DNA of 64,000 nt from Candidatus Latescibacterota bacterium (GTDB lineage Bacteria > Latescibacterota > UBA2968 > UBA8231): assembly GCA_965215195.1 (NCBI GenBank), contig CBDCDC010000002.1, positions 4,416,001 through 4,480,000 on the forward strand. Direction: 5' to 3'. Under the pieces are notes generated by a model, which did no database searches, had not been told where the DNA came from, and worked only from the letters and a program-made list of their open reading frames with translations. The translations under genes were made by a program, and so were the position numbers. Shown here in pieces: positions 19,928 to 29,375 of this stretch (position 1 is the first letter of the stretch; every line of letters starts with the position of its first letter).

Positions 19928-20389
19928 ATGGCCATCAAAACCTTACTACCCAGCGCTCGCGTCAGCAATCGCCTGTGGCGCAGCCCGTTCGACAACCTCT
20001 TCGATGCCTTCTTTGGCGAGGACTCGCGCCTGCCCGTTTGGGCTGGCAGCGCGGCCTTCACCCCCCGCATCGACGTCAAAGAAGACGATGTCTCCTACGA
20101 AATCTCGGCCGAGCTGCCGGGGTTGGAGGAGAAGGACATCGAGATCTCGGTCGGCGACGGATCCCTCGTGCTGCGCGGCGAAAAGAGCGACGCTAGCGAG
20201 GAAAAGGAAGGCAAGTATTTCCGCCAAGAGCGCATCTACGGCCGCTTCGAGCGCGCCTTCCATCTGCCCGATGGAGTAGAGGCAGACAAGATCGAAGCCA
20301 AGTTCAAGAACGGCGTCTTGGCGATCCACCTGCCCAAAAAGGAGGAGGCGAAAAAGGTCGTCCGCCAGGTCGAAGTCAAGACCGGCTAG
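19928..20389 (+). CDS. Hsp20/alpha-crystallin small heat-shock protein
   Basis: AELPG, LRGEK, ERIYGRFER and FKNGVLAIHLPK motifs; ATG 19928 after AAGGAG. Confidence 0.93.
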   Translation: MAIKTLLPSARVSNRLWRSPFDNLFDAFFGEDSRLPVWAGSAAFTPRIDVKEDDVSYEISAELPGLEEKDIEISVGDGSLVLRGEKSDASEEKEGKYFRQERIYGRFERAFHLPDGVEADKIEAKFKNGVLAIHLPKKEEAKKVVRQVEVKTG

Positions 20390-20406
20390 CCTGCCTTGAG
20401 ACGCGC

Positions 20407-20442
20407 AAAAGGGGAAGGGCCTCGCGCCCTTCCCCTTTTTTT
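20407..20442 (+). terminator. rho-independent terminator, probably bidirectional
   Basis: aaaaggggaagggc-ctcgc-gcccttcccctttt followed by a T run. Confidence 0.85.
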
Positions 20443-20505
20443 GTACTTACACCGATAACTCTGCGACAAACAAAGATGCTTGCAGATGATCGTCGTCATA
20501 GGCCA

Positions 20506-20838
20506 CTAGGTATTCCGCGCATTCTTCAATTTGCCCATCCGCGCAAGTACTACGATGACCACCGGCCAAAACATAGTATTAATCAAATCGTGGATACTTG
20601 CAGGTAGGAAACTCAGGCTAAAGTAACCCACAGAGGTATAATCATATATTAGATCGAGAACTTCCATCAAGGATGCTGTAGTCACAACGGGGACTAAACA
20701 TCGCGCTTCAATTGAACCCTTTTTCCAAAGGACTACAGCCAAAAAAAACGCGATCAATCCTACGTGCATGTGGATTGAGTCCTTTGAAAGTTCCAAGATA
20801 GATACGATTACAAACTTAGCGTCTCGATATATGGACAT
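20506..20838 (-). CDS. hypothetical small membrane protein, low GC
   Basis: 110-aa ORF with about three hydrophobic segments; LSKDSIHMHVGL and SIHDLINT motifs; AT-rich compared with neighbours. Confidence 0.65.
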   Translation of the reverse strand: MSIYRDAKFVIVSILELSKDSIHMHVGLIAFFLAVVLWKKGSIEARCLVPVVTTASLMEVLDLIYDYTSVGYFSLSFLPASIHDLINTMFWPVVIVVLARMGKLKNARNT

Positions 20839-20860
20839 TGCTCAATTTTTACCTCGAGGT

Positions 20861-22207
20861 TTATTCGCACATGGCGTCTTGCGCTCGCCGTAGCTGCAAT
20901 GCGAGCGAATCTGGCAAATCGACCATGGCGTAGCCGATGGCTGCACCTTGTCGCACATCTTGCTTGAGCACGGAACCACCCGACAGCCCTAACGGCAATA
21001 GCCCTTCTTGGCGCGCCACGGTTGCCTTTTCGCTCTGCCCCAGTACGGTGTAGCCGCCCCCGCCGTCGAGGGTCTCGCCGGCCTTGAGATCTCGCTTGGC
21101 TACGGCGACCACATCGGCTGTGGGCGCGGAGCGCGGAGCGCCGGTTGGCAGGCCGTAGAGCGCGACTTTGGCGATGGTGATCGGGGCTTCAACCGCCACC
21201 AAGTGATAGGGGCGGTAGAGGAGGAAGTTTTTGCCATCGCCGCCCGGATGCAGGTTGTAGGTGGCGAGGTCTTCTATGGTAAAGGCGTGCTCGCTGCGGA
21301 CGACGACAAAGACGCCCATGCCCAGCGGATCGGCGAGCAGGGTCTTGCCGTCCTCGGCCACGCTGTTGGCTAGCTCAACGACCCCGCGCTGGCTCAGTAG
21401 CCCCCCTTCTTCGACTAAGCTGAATTTTTGCGGGATGTCCGCCAAACTGCATGGCGGCTCGTGCATGCCCCTTATGTCGGGGACTAGCCCGGCCATGTTG
21501 GCGATGGCCGTGGCTTCGACTTGGGCTTTGGTGCCGTCGCGGAAGGAGTTGTACATCTTCAAGCTGATGTTGCGCCGCTGCAAGGTCGCCGCGTCAAAGC
21601 CAAACCGCGTGGCCGCGTTGTCGGGGGTGCCTTGGGGATCGTCGGCAAAGAGCACGGTGCCGCGGCCCGCAGCCACCACCTCCAAGCCGAGGGACCACGC
21701 CCATTCGATCATGTTCATGGCCACCCCAGGCTGATCGCCATCGACGAGCGAGTAGATCACGCCCGCGCGGTCGGCCTTGCGCTTGAGCAGCGCACCGATG
21801 GTCACGTCCGTTTCGACATTGACCATCACGAGGTGGTTGCCGCTGGCAATGGCTGCACTGGCCATGTTGGCTCCGACCGAGGTCGAGCCGGTCGCTTCTA
21901 CCACCACGTCCAAACCCTCGGCCTGCGCGACCAACAGCCCGTCTTCAACTGCGGTGCATTTCCCCGCGTGCATGGCCTCTGCCAACGCCTGTGGGCTATC
22001 CGCCGTTCCCACCGCAACATCCCCGTACCCCGCTGCGTATGCGTAGCGGGCGCGCGCTACGTCGATGTCGGCGATGGCCGCGACGACCATGCCCTGCATC
22101 TGGGCAATCTGCGCGACCAACCCCCCGCCGAATTTTCCCGCGCCGATGATGCCGACCCGGATCGGTTTGCCTTGCCGCTCGCGGTCGGCGAGCAATGCGC
22201 TAAGCAT
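20861..22207 (-). CDS. NAD(P)-dependent oxidoreductase with C-terminal SAF domain (homoserine dehydrogenase-like)
   Basis: GIIGAGKFG, VMVNVETD, GDQPG, SFRDGTK, YRPYHL and AKRDLKAGETLDG motifs; ATG 22207 after GAGGAGG. Confidence 0.85.
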   Translation of the reverse strand: MLSALLADRERQGKPIRVGIIGAGKFGGGLVAQIAQMQGMVVAAIADIDVARARYAYAAGYGDVAVGTADSPQALAEAMHAGKCTAVEDGLLVAQAEGLDVVVEATGSTSVGANMASAAIASGNHLVMVNVETDVTIGALLKRKADRAGVIYSLVDGDQPGVAMNMIEWAWSLGLEVVAAGRGTVLFADDPQGTPDNAATRFGFDAATLQRRNISLKMYNSFRDGTKAQVEATAIANMAGLVPDIRGMHEPPCSLADIPQKFSLVEEGGLLSQRGVVELANSVAEDGKTLLADPLGMGVFVVVRSEHAFTIEDLATYNLHPGGDGKNFLLYRPYHLVAVEAPITIAKVALYGLPTGAPRSAPTADVVAVAKRDLKAGETLDGGGGYTVLGQSEKATVARQEGLLPLGLSGGSVLKQDVRQGAAIGYAMVDLPDSLALQLRRAQDAMCE

Positions 22208-22228
22208 GTATTCCTCCTCGCGTTGTTT

Positions 22229-22686
22229 AACGTGAGGGAGTCCTTTTTGGCTAAACGTAGGTATGTCGCCCATCAAGCGTAGCCGTCGCGGAGCCCTCGC
22301 GATGAATGTAGGCGAATGGTTTTGCCACGTCGATGATTTTTGCCAAGAATGGAAAGCGCCCTTCGATCGCCAGTTGAGTACCAAGCTGCGATCCAACATG
22401 AAAAATCAACGCCTGCGGCGCAAACGAGCGCTATCGACCCAATGGAACACACCCTCTCATCGGCGGATTCATTGCCTATGGCCACCAGCCGAAAAAACCG
22501 GCCCTAACAAGCAATGGAAAAGGCCGCTTAACCCGAACCTTACTACACGACACCAGCCCTCAGCCGGCCAAGGATCGAGGGCATCTTGCCCGCGATCCCG
22601 GACCCAGCGGAAACCGCAGAAAAGGCGTACTCAAAGTAAGGGGCACCTACTTTAGGGGTCGGGTACTAAGAACCCGAACTCACGTT
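22229..22686 (+). mobile_element. internally deleted IS982-family element (transposase remnant) carrying a nested MITE
   Basis: Fragments MNVGEWFCHVDDFCQEW, KLRSNMKN, RKRAL and LIGGFIAYGHQPKKPAL resemble IS982 transposase termini; ends aacgtgag and acccgaactcacgtt. Confidence 0.75.
22539..22670. mobile_element. MITE copy 2 (132 bp) with 9-bp TSD AACCCGAAC
   Basis: aacccgaac at 22530-22538 and 22671-22679; ends cttactacacgac...gtcgggtactaag. Confidence 0.88.
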
Positions 22687-22767
22687 TATTAAAAAATTAA
22701 TAACGCATTCGCATTCAAGGGCGTCCTTCCATTGAGCACGAACGTACCCACAGGCGGGGTCGTGTAC

Positions 22768-24450
22768 TTAGCAAAAATCTAAATCCGCGCCCAAGTTCGC
22801 CTGCAATACGCACTCGGCGTACAGCCGCCGCCACCCACGGGCTGGCGCGGAAGGCGCGGTCCATTCGGCCCGCCGGCGAGCGAGGATTTCCTCGGGGACT
22901 AGCAAATCCAAGCGCCCGGCTTCTACGTCCAATTCGATCAGGTCGCCGTCGCGGACCAGTGCCAACGGCCCCCCGACAGCCGCTTCTGGTGCCACGTGCA
23001 ACGCGACCGTTCCATAGGCCGTGCCGCTCATCCGCCCATCGGAGACGCGCACCATGTCTGCAACGCCCTGCGCGGCGAGGTGCTTGGGCAAGGGCATGGA
23101 GCCGGCTTCGGGCATCCCAAGGGCCACCGGCCCGGCCCCGCGCAGCACCATCACATGTTCTGGCGTAATGCCCAAGGCGGGGTCGTCAACGCGCCCAGCG
23201 TCGTCTGGCCCGTCGAACACGATGGCTGGCCCTTGGTGCTTGTGCAGGTGTGGGGACGAGGTGGCCTTTTTTAAGACCGCCCCGTCTGGCGCGAGCGAGC
23301 CTTTTAGCACCACGAGGGACGACGCTGGCCCCAGCGGCGCGTCCAAGGTGCGGATCGCGGTTTGCCACGCGCCGGGCGCGGCCACATCCTGTAAAAGTGC
23401 GCCGAGCGTTTGGCCGCTGACTCCTACCGCATCGAGGTTGAGCATCGGCTCTAATGACTTGAGCAGGACGGGCACGCCGCCGGCCTTGTCGAAATCCTCC
23501 ATGTACCCGCTGCCGGCTGGCTTGCAATCGACCAGCAGCGGCACTTGTTGGGCCGCCGTGTGAAAGTCGTCTAGCGACAGATCCACGCCGGCTCGGCGCG
23601 CAATGGCGAGCAGATGCACGACCGCATTTGTCGAGCCGCTCAGCGCGGCTAGCACCTTGAACGCGTTGGCAAAGGCCGGTGGCGTTAGCATGTCGCGCGC
23701 CGAGCATCCCTCGGTGGCTAAGGCTACGGCCCGGCGACCGGTGGCGGCTCCGAGCCGCAAACGCTGGCCTGAGACTGCGGGCGGAGTGGCCGCGCCCGGC
23801 AGCATTAGCCCGAGGGCCTCGGCCGCGCAGGCCATGGTCGAGGCCGTACCCATGACCATACAGGTCCCGGCCGTTGGGCACAGGCTCTGCCGGACCGCGG
23901 CGATTTCTTCGGCGTTGAGGGCACCGGCGCGGTGTTGGGCCCAGTAGCGGCGGCAATCCGTGCATGCGCCCAACCGCTCGCCCCGCCAGTCCCCGGCCAG
24001 CATCGGCCCGGCTACGAGGTGGATGGCGGGCACGGATGCGGAAGCCGAGGCCATGAGTTGGGCCGGCAGGGTTTTGTCGCAGCCGCCGAGTAGCACGACC
24101 GCGTCCATGGGCTGGGCCGCGATCATTTCCTCGGTCGCCATGGCCATGAGGTTGCGGTAGAGCATGGCGGTGGGGGAAAGGAGAATTTCGCCGAGGGAAA
24201 GGGTCGGAAAAACGAGGGGCAGCCCGCCCGCTTCTAGAACGCCTCGTTTGACGGCTTCCACGAGCTGGGGCATGGCGCGATGGCAGGTTGTGTAGTCGGA
24301 CGAGGTATCGGCAATGCCGACGACGGGCCGCTCTAAATCCGCCTCGTCATAGCCAGCCGAAGCGAGAAAAGCGCGGCGCAAATAGCGGCTAAAACTTGGG
24401 TCGGCGTAGTGGGTTAGGTTGCGGTCGATGCCGGTGGCGGGGGGGGACAT
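22768..24450 (-). CDS. dihydroxy-acid dehydratase (IlvD/Edd family, probably a sugar-acid dehydratase)
   Basis: GGCDKT, GTCMVMGTASTM, SGSTNAVVHL, GMPE, SDGRMSGT and HVAPEA motifs. Confidence 0.9.
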   Translation of the reverse strand: MSPPATGIDRNLTHYADPSFSRYLRRAFLASAGYDEADLERPVVGIADTSSDYTTCHRAMPQLVEAVKRGVLEAGGLPLVFPTLSLGEILLSPTAMLYRNLMAMATEEMIAAQPMDAVVLLGGCDKTLPAQLMASASASVPAIHLVAGPMLAGDWRGERLGACTDCRRYWAQHRAGALNAEEIAAVRQSLCPTAGTCMVMGTASTMACAAEALGLMLPGAATPPAVSGQRLRLGAATGRRAVALATEGCSARDMLTPPAFANAFKVLAALSGSTNAVVHLLAIARRAGVDLSLDDFHTAAQQVPLLVDCKPAGSGYMEDFDKAGGVPVLLKSLEPMLNLDAVGVSGQTLGALLQDVAAPGAWQTAIRTLDAPLGPASSLVVLKGSLAPDGAVLKKATSSPHLHKHQGPAIVFDGPDDAGRVDDPALGITPEHVMVLRGAGPVALGMPEAGSMPLPKHLAAQGVADMVRVSDGRMSGTAYGTVALHVAPEAAVGGPLALVRDGDLIELDVEAGRLDLLVPEEILARRRAEWTAPSAPARGWRRLYAECVLQANLGADLDFC

Positions 24451-24454
24451 GGGG

Positions 24455-24589
24455 CTAGACTCCAAGTTGCGCTGCAAGGTCGTCGTAGCCTAATCGCTCA
24501 CCCTCTCGGACAATGGTAGAGTACCAGTCGGCAACCGTGCCAAAGACATCGACAGTCAGTGCCTCAATAGATGTTTTATAGGATTCCAT
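24455..24589 (-). pseudogene. haloacid dehalogenase type II remnant (N- and C-termini fused)
   Basis: IEALTVDVFGTVADW (HAD motif I region) is joined after a short stretch to DDLAAQLGV*, a typical C-terminus; only 44 aa. Confidence 0.6.
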
Positions 24590-24900
24590 TCTTTTTTGGT
24601 TCAAAGCTAGCGCACGACGTGCGCCTAAGTGAGCTGCCGGGCCAAATGCCGGTCGAACCGCTCGTTGGCGATCTCGACTACTAACACATAGGCAAAACAT
24701 GTCTTCGACAACATATGATGTCAAGGACATGCCGGTAGGGTGCGAAGCGGCCCTCGCCAGTCCGGTGGTAGCTTGGAAGCTCCGAACTCTTAGCCGCGGT
24801 CCCATTTCCCCCCTCCCGCCTTGCCCCAGCCCAACAGCTTAGCTATTCTCATCTCCTCCCCGCTCGTCTCCGCCACACACTGCTTGCAGGAAATTGAGCC

Positions 24901-27858
24901 TTGATCTGCGACGCCGAGAACATTGCCGAGCACATCCGCTTTCTCAAACGCCGCATCTTGGGCAACGAGGTCGTCCATCACCAGACCTTGCCGGCGCGCC
25001 CGGCGCGCCTAGTCCGCGACCTGTCTGGCCTGCCTCCGGCCATGGCTCGCATCCTCGCAATCGCCGGCATTCCCGCGCTTTATACACACCAGGCCGAGGG
25101 CATCCAAAAAGTGCTGGAGGGCGAGCACGTGGCTATTGCCACGCCCACGGCCTCGGGCAAGACCTTGGTGTACAACGCGCCCGTGCTGACCACGCTGCTC
25201 GACGACCCGGACGCGCACGCGCTCTACGTGTTCCCACTCAAGGCCCTAGAGCAGGATCAGTTCGACGAGCTAAGCGGGCTGATGCAGGGCTTGGGCGGTG
25301 CGTTGAAAGCGGCCATTTACGATGGCGACACCACCGCCCACCGCCGCCGGCAAATTCGCACCAAGCCGCCGCAGGTCCTCTTTACCACGCCGGACATGCT
25401 GCACTCGGGCATCCTCGCCTTCCACGAGGCTTGGGCCGGCTTTTTTGCCCGCCTGCGCTACGTGGTCATCGACGAGCTGCACGCGTATAGCGGCGTCTTT
25501 GGCACCCACGTCCTGCACCTTTTTCGCCGCTTAAACCGCATCTGTGCACACTACGGGGCCGATCCGCTGTACATCACCAGCTCGGCGACGATGGGCAATC
25601 CCCGCGAGTTAGCGGGCGAGCTGCTCAACCGCTCCTTTTGCGCCATTGAGGACCATGGTGCGCCGGCCGCGGTGCGCCACTTCGTGTTTGTCAACCCGAG
25701 CGAAAGCCCCAACACCCTCGCGGCCCACGTGCTGCGCACCAGCGTACTCAAAGACTACCGCACGATTGTCTTCACCCGCGCCCGCATCACCACCGAACTC
25801 GTGTACCGCTGGGCCACCCAGAGCCGCCCGGACTTGCGGGAGCGGATTTCCTCGTATCGCGCTGGCTATTTGCCCACCGAGCGCCGCCAGATTGAGCAGG
25901 CGCTCAACGCCGGCCAGCTCATGGGCGTGGTGGCCACGTCGGCCTTGGAGTTGGGCATTGACATCGGCGGCTTGGACATCTGCGTGTTGGTCGGCTATCC
26001 GGGTTCGATCATCAACACTTGGCAACGCGCCGGCCGCGTGGGCCGCGCCGGCCGCGAGTCCCTAATCCTCCTCATCGCGTCGCCCGACGCCCTCGACCAG
26101 TACTTTATGCGGCACCCAAGGGAGTTTTTCGCACGCGACCTAGAGGACGCCGTGGTGGATCCGACGAACCAGTACATCCTCAAAAACCACCTTGCGTGCG
26201 CGGCGCGCGAACTGCCCCTTGCCGCCCGCGAACCCGAGTACGCGCTGCCCAACTATCAGGAGGCGGTTGATGCTCTGACTGAAGAGGGCGCACTGCTGCA
26301 AAATGCCGAAGGCGACGCTTGGTTTGCCGCGCGCAAGCAGCCGCACCGCTTGGTCAATATGCGCACCATTGGCGAGTCGTATAGCATCGTCGATCGCCAC
26401 AACGACCCGATCGGCACGGTCAGCGGCGGCCAAGTGTACGGCGAGTGCTACCAAGGCGCGATTTACCTGCACCGCGGCCGCCAGTACGAGATCGGTGACC
26501 GCAATCCCGAGCGGGGCCAGATCTACGCCGAGGAGGTAGATGTGGCGTACTTCACCCGCGCCCGCACGGAAAAGGACACCGAGATCTTAGAGGAGCTGCG
26601 CTCGCGGCCCTTGAAGGGCTTTATGGCGCGGCTGGGCCGGCTCAAGGTCAGCTCGCAGGTGGTGGGCTACGAAAAGATCCGCGTCGGCGACCAAGTCGTT
26701 CTCAGCAAACACCCCCTAGCGTCGCCGGTGGAGCACTTTGAGACGATTGGCTTCTGGATCGAACTCGATGCCCATTTCAAGGCCGACCTCAGCCGCCACC
26801 AGCACCACTACATGGGTTCGATCCACGCCATTGAACACGCCGTGAAGTCGCTCTTTCCCCTGCTGGCCTTGTGCGACCGCACGGATGTCGGGGGGATTTG
26901 CTATCCCCAGCACCCCCAGCTCGGCAAAGGCGCGATTTTTGTGTACGACTATCACCCCGGCGGCATTGGCCTCGCGGAAAAGGGCTTTGCCCAGCTCGAC
27001 CGCCTCTTGGACATGACGCGGGCCATGGTCGAAACCTGCGATTGTGCGCTCGGCTGCCCGTCTTGCATCCACTTCCCCACGTGCGGCGCGGGCAACGTCC
27101 CCCTCGACAAAGACGGAGCGATTCACCTGCTCGGGGTGCTCACGGGCCGCCGGGCCATTGAGCGCACCCCGTCCACCGCCGAGGTCGCAGACGCGCCGCC
27201 GATCTTCGCCGAATGGGAAGAGGAGGAAAGCGCAGAGGACGCGCCGCCCGAACAAGGCCCGCATGTGGTTGTGTTCGACCTCGAAACCCAGCGCTCGGCC
27301 GCCGAGGTCGGCGGCTGGAACAAGGCCCACATGATGGGCATGTCGGTCGGCGTGGTGTGGGACAGCCGTACGCAGGCCTGCACCGCGTATTTTGAGGAAG
27401 ACATTGATCGACTGCTGAAGCACTTGCAGGCGGCCGATTTGATCGTCGGCTTCAACATCATTGGCTTTGACTATTCGGTCTTGCGCGGGTACAGCCCATT
27501 CGACTTCCGCACGCTCAACACGCTCGACATGCTGCGCGAGATCCACCAACGGCTGCGCTACCGAGTGAGCCTTGACGCGCTGGGCAAGGCCACGCTCAAC
27601 GCGCCCAAGAGCGCCGATGGGCTGGACGCGCTCCGCTGGTTCAAGGAGGGGCGGCTGGACTTGATTGCCGAGTACTGCCAAAAGGACGTGGAGCTGACCC
27701 GCGATCTGTTCTACTTCGGGCTGCGCGAAAACTACCTGCTCTTCGACCGCCGCAACGAGGGTCGCATGCGCATCCCGCTCAACTGGAAGCTAAAGGACTT
27801 GGTGCGCGGGACTGACGCGATTGCCCGCAGCCTGGATAAAGGGCAGATTAGGAACTGA
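24901..27858 (+). CDS. DEAD/DEAH helicase with DUF1998 (MrfA/SftH/Hrq1 family) fused to a C-terminal RNase H-like (YprB/MrfB-like) exonuclease
   Basis: TPTASGKT, DELH, SAT, ATSALELGIDIG, QRAGRVGR; DUF1998 CDCALGCPSC; acidic linker; FDLETQ...GFN...LD...YCQKDV. Confidence 0.88.
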   Translation: MICDAENIAEHIRFLKRRILGNEVVHHQTLPARPARLVRDLSGLPPAMARILAIAGIPALYTHQAEGIQKVLEGEHVAIATPTASGKTLVYNAPVLTTLLDDPDAHALYVFPLKALEQDQFDELSGLMQGLGGALKAAIYDGDTTAHRRRQIRTKPPQVLFTTPDMLHSGILAFHEAWAGFFARLRYVVIDELHAYSGVFGTHVLHLFRRLNRICAHYGADPLYITSSATMGNPRELAGELLNRSFCAIEDHGAPAAVRHFVFVNPSESPNTLAAHVLRTSVLKDYRTIVFTRARITTELVYRWATQSRPDLRERISSYRAGYLPTERRQIEQALNAGQLMGVVATSALELGIDIGGLDICVLVGYPGSIINTWQRAGRVGRAGRESLILLIASPDALDQYFMRHPREFFARDLEDAVVDPTNQYILKNHLACAARELPLAAREPEYALPNYQEAVDALTEEGALLQNAEGDAWFAARKQPHRLVNMRTIGESYSIVDRHNDPIGTVSGGQVYGECYQGAIYLHRGRQYEIGDRNPERGQIYAEEVDVAYFTRARTEKDTEILEELRSRPLKGFMARLGRLKVSSQVVGYEKIRVGDQVVLSKHPLASPVEHFETIGFWIELDAHFKADLSRHQHHYMGSIHAIEHAVKSLFPLLALCDRTDVGGICYPQHPQLGKGAIFVYDYHPGGIGLAEKGFAQLDRLLDMTRAMVETCDCALGCPSCIHFPTCGAGNVPLDKDGAIHLLGVLTGRRAIERTPSTAEVADAPPIFAEWEEEESAEDAPPEQGPHVVVFDLETQRSAAEVGGWNKAHMMGMSVGVVWDSRTQACTAYFEEDIDRLLKHLQAADLIVGFNIIGFDYSVLRGYSPFDFRTLNTLDMLREIHQRLRYRVSLDALGKATLNAPKSADGLDALRWFKEGRLDLIAEYCQKDVELTRDLFYFGLRENYLLFDRRNEGRMRIPLNWKLKDLVRGTDAIARSLDKGQIRN

Positions 27859-28043
27859 CGTTACGCAGCCTTTGCCATTGGGAACGACAAGGAGGAGCGG
27901 GGAATAACCTGTGCTAGGCTGGATGCCCCGCCTTGCGGCGCGGTGACGCACGGGAATGACGAGAGGCTAGCTCAACCGTGGATCATGCTGTTCTGCTGAG
28001 TCTTTCGGCTTGGCTCGAGATAAGGAGTCGCTTCCCCTCGCCG

Positions 28044-28073
28044 GTCCTGCCGACTTCACCGCGCCTTTAGGCG
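28044..28073. repeat. 30-bp dispersed repeat, copy 1
   Basis: gtcctgccgacttcaccgcgcctttaggcg also at 61379-61408. Confidence 0.75.
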
Positions 28074-28155
28074 AGACCGCATCTCATCCCTAAAGACCCA
28101 TGCCTAGCACTGGCGTGTACCAAAATTTTTAATTCATAGAGGAGCGAAGTACGAG

Positions 28156-29352
28156 ATGAAAATCACCGATCTCAAGTGCGCGGTCATCGGCAACAACCCG
28201 GTCGTGCGCATCAATACCGACGAGGGCCTCTACGGCCTCGGGGAAGTTGAGGCGAGCAAGCCCTACCTCAAGCCCCACGTGCTGTTCTACAAGGACTTCA
28301 TCCTCGGCGAGGACCCGACCGACGTCGAGCGGGTGATGCTCAAGATACGGCGCTTGGGCAGCTTCAAGCCTTGGGGCAGCGCGGTCAGCGCGATTGAAAT
28401 GGCGCTGTGGGACATTGCCGGCAAGGCCGTGGGCGCACCCGTGTACAAGCTGCTCGGCGGCAAAATCCGCGACCGAGTGCGAGTGTACAATGGCGCAGTG
28501 CGCTTCCCCATGGAGGGAGGGCAGTCGCCCGAGAACTACGCTAAAAACATGCAGCGCATGAAGGACGCGCCGCAAAACTTCAGCATCATCAAGCAGGGCC
28601 TCGCCTTTCACGGCGGGCGGATCACCGAGTCGCCCGAACATTTCTACGGCACCCACCAGGCCGGCCCGTTCCACGCCAATCGCGGCCCCTTGAGCGAACG
28701 CGGCCTCAACTACATTGTCGATTGCATCCGTGCGATGAAGGAAGTGTGCGGCGACGAGGTCGGCTTGGCGCTGGACTTAGGCCCGGGCTTTCTCGTGCCA
28801 GACGCGCTGCGCTTGGCTCGGGCCGTTGAAGACCTCAACGTGGCTTGGCTGGAAGACATGCTCACCGGCGATTACGTCCCCTACGTTTCCGCGGATCACT
28901 ACCGAGAGGTTACGCAGAGCACCTCGACCCCGATCCACACTGGCGAGCAGATCTACTTGCGGCACAATTTTCAAGACCTAATCGAGAAGCGCGCGGTAGA
29001 TATCATCGGCCCGGATCCCTGCGACATCGGCGGGATCGCCGAGCTCAAGTGGGTGGCCGAATACGCCGATCTGCACGGCATCCTCATGGCGCCCCACGGC
29101 GTGCTCGACGGCCTGTTGGGTTTGGCAGCCCTAGTCCAAGTCGCTGCGACCCTGCCGCAAAACTACCTCGCGTTTGAATATCCGACCGGCCAGCCCGAGT
29201 GGTGGTACGACATCGTCGAGGGCTTGCCCGACCCGATTGTGGTCGATAGCCATATCGCCGTTTGGGACGCGCCCGGGATGGGCGTCGATTTAATCGCCGA
29301 AGAAGCGCGGCGCTATTTGCGCGAGGAAGACGCCGACTTTTTTGACTTATAA
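28156..29352 (+). CDS. mandelate racemase/muconate lactonizing enzyme family protein
   Basis: SAIEMALWDIAGKA, LLGGKIRD, WLED, TGEQ and GPD motifs. Confidence 0.9.
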   Translation: MKITDLKCAVIGNNPVVRINTDEGLYGLGEVEASKPYLKPHVLFYKDFILGEDPTDVERVMLKIRRLGSFKPWGSAVSAIEMALWDIAGKAVGAPVYKLLGGKIRDRVRVYNGAVRFPMEGGQSPENYAKNMQRMKDAPQNFSIIKQGLAFHGGRITESPEHFYGTHQAGPFHANRGPLSERGLNYIVDCIRAMKEVCGDEVGLALDLGPGFLVPDALRLARAVEDLNVAWLEDMLTGDYVPYVSADHYREVTQSTSTPIHTGEQIYLRHNFQDLIEKRAVDIIGPDPCDIGGIAELKWVAEYADLHGILMAPHGVLDGLLGLAALVQVAATLPQNYLAFEYPTGQPEWWYDIVEGLPDPIVVDSHIAVWDAPGMGVDLIAEEARRYLREEDADFFDL

Positions 29353-29375
29353 GAGATAGAGCAGAAAGGAAAGGT

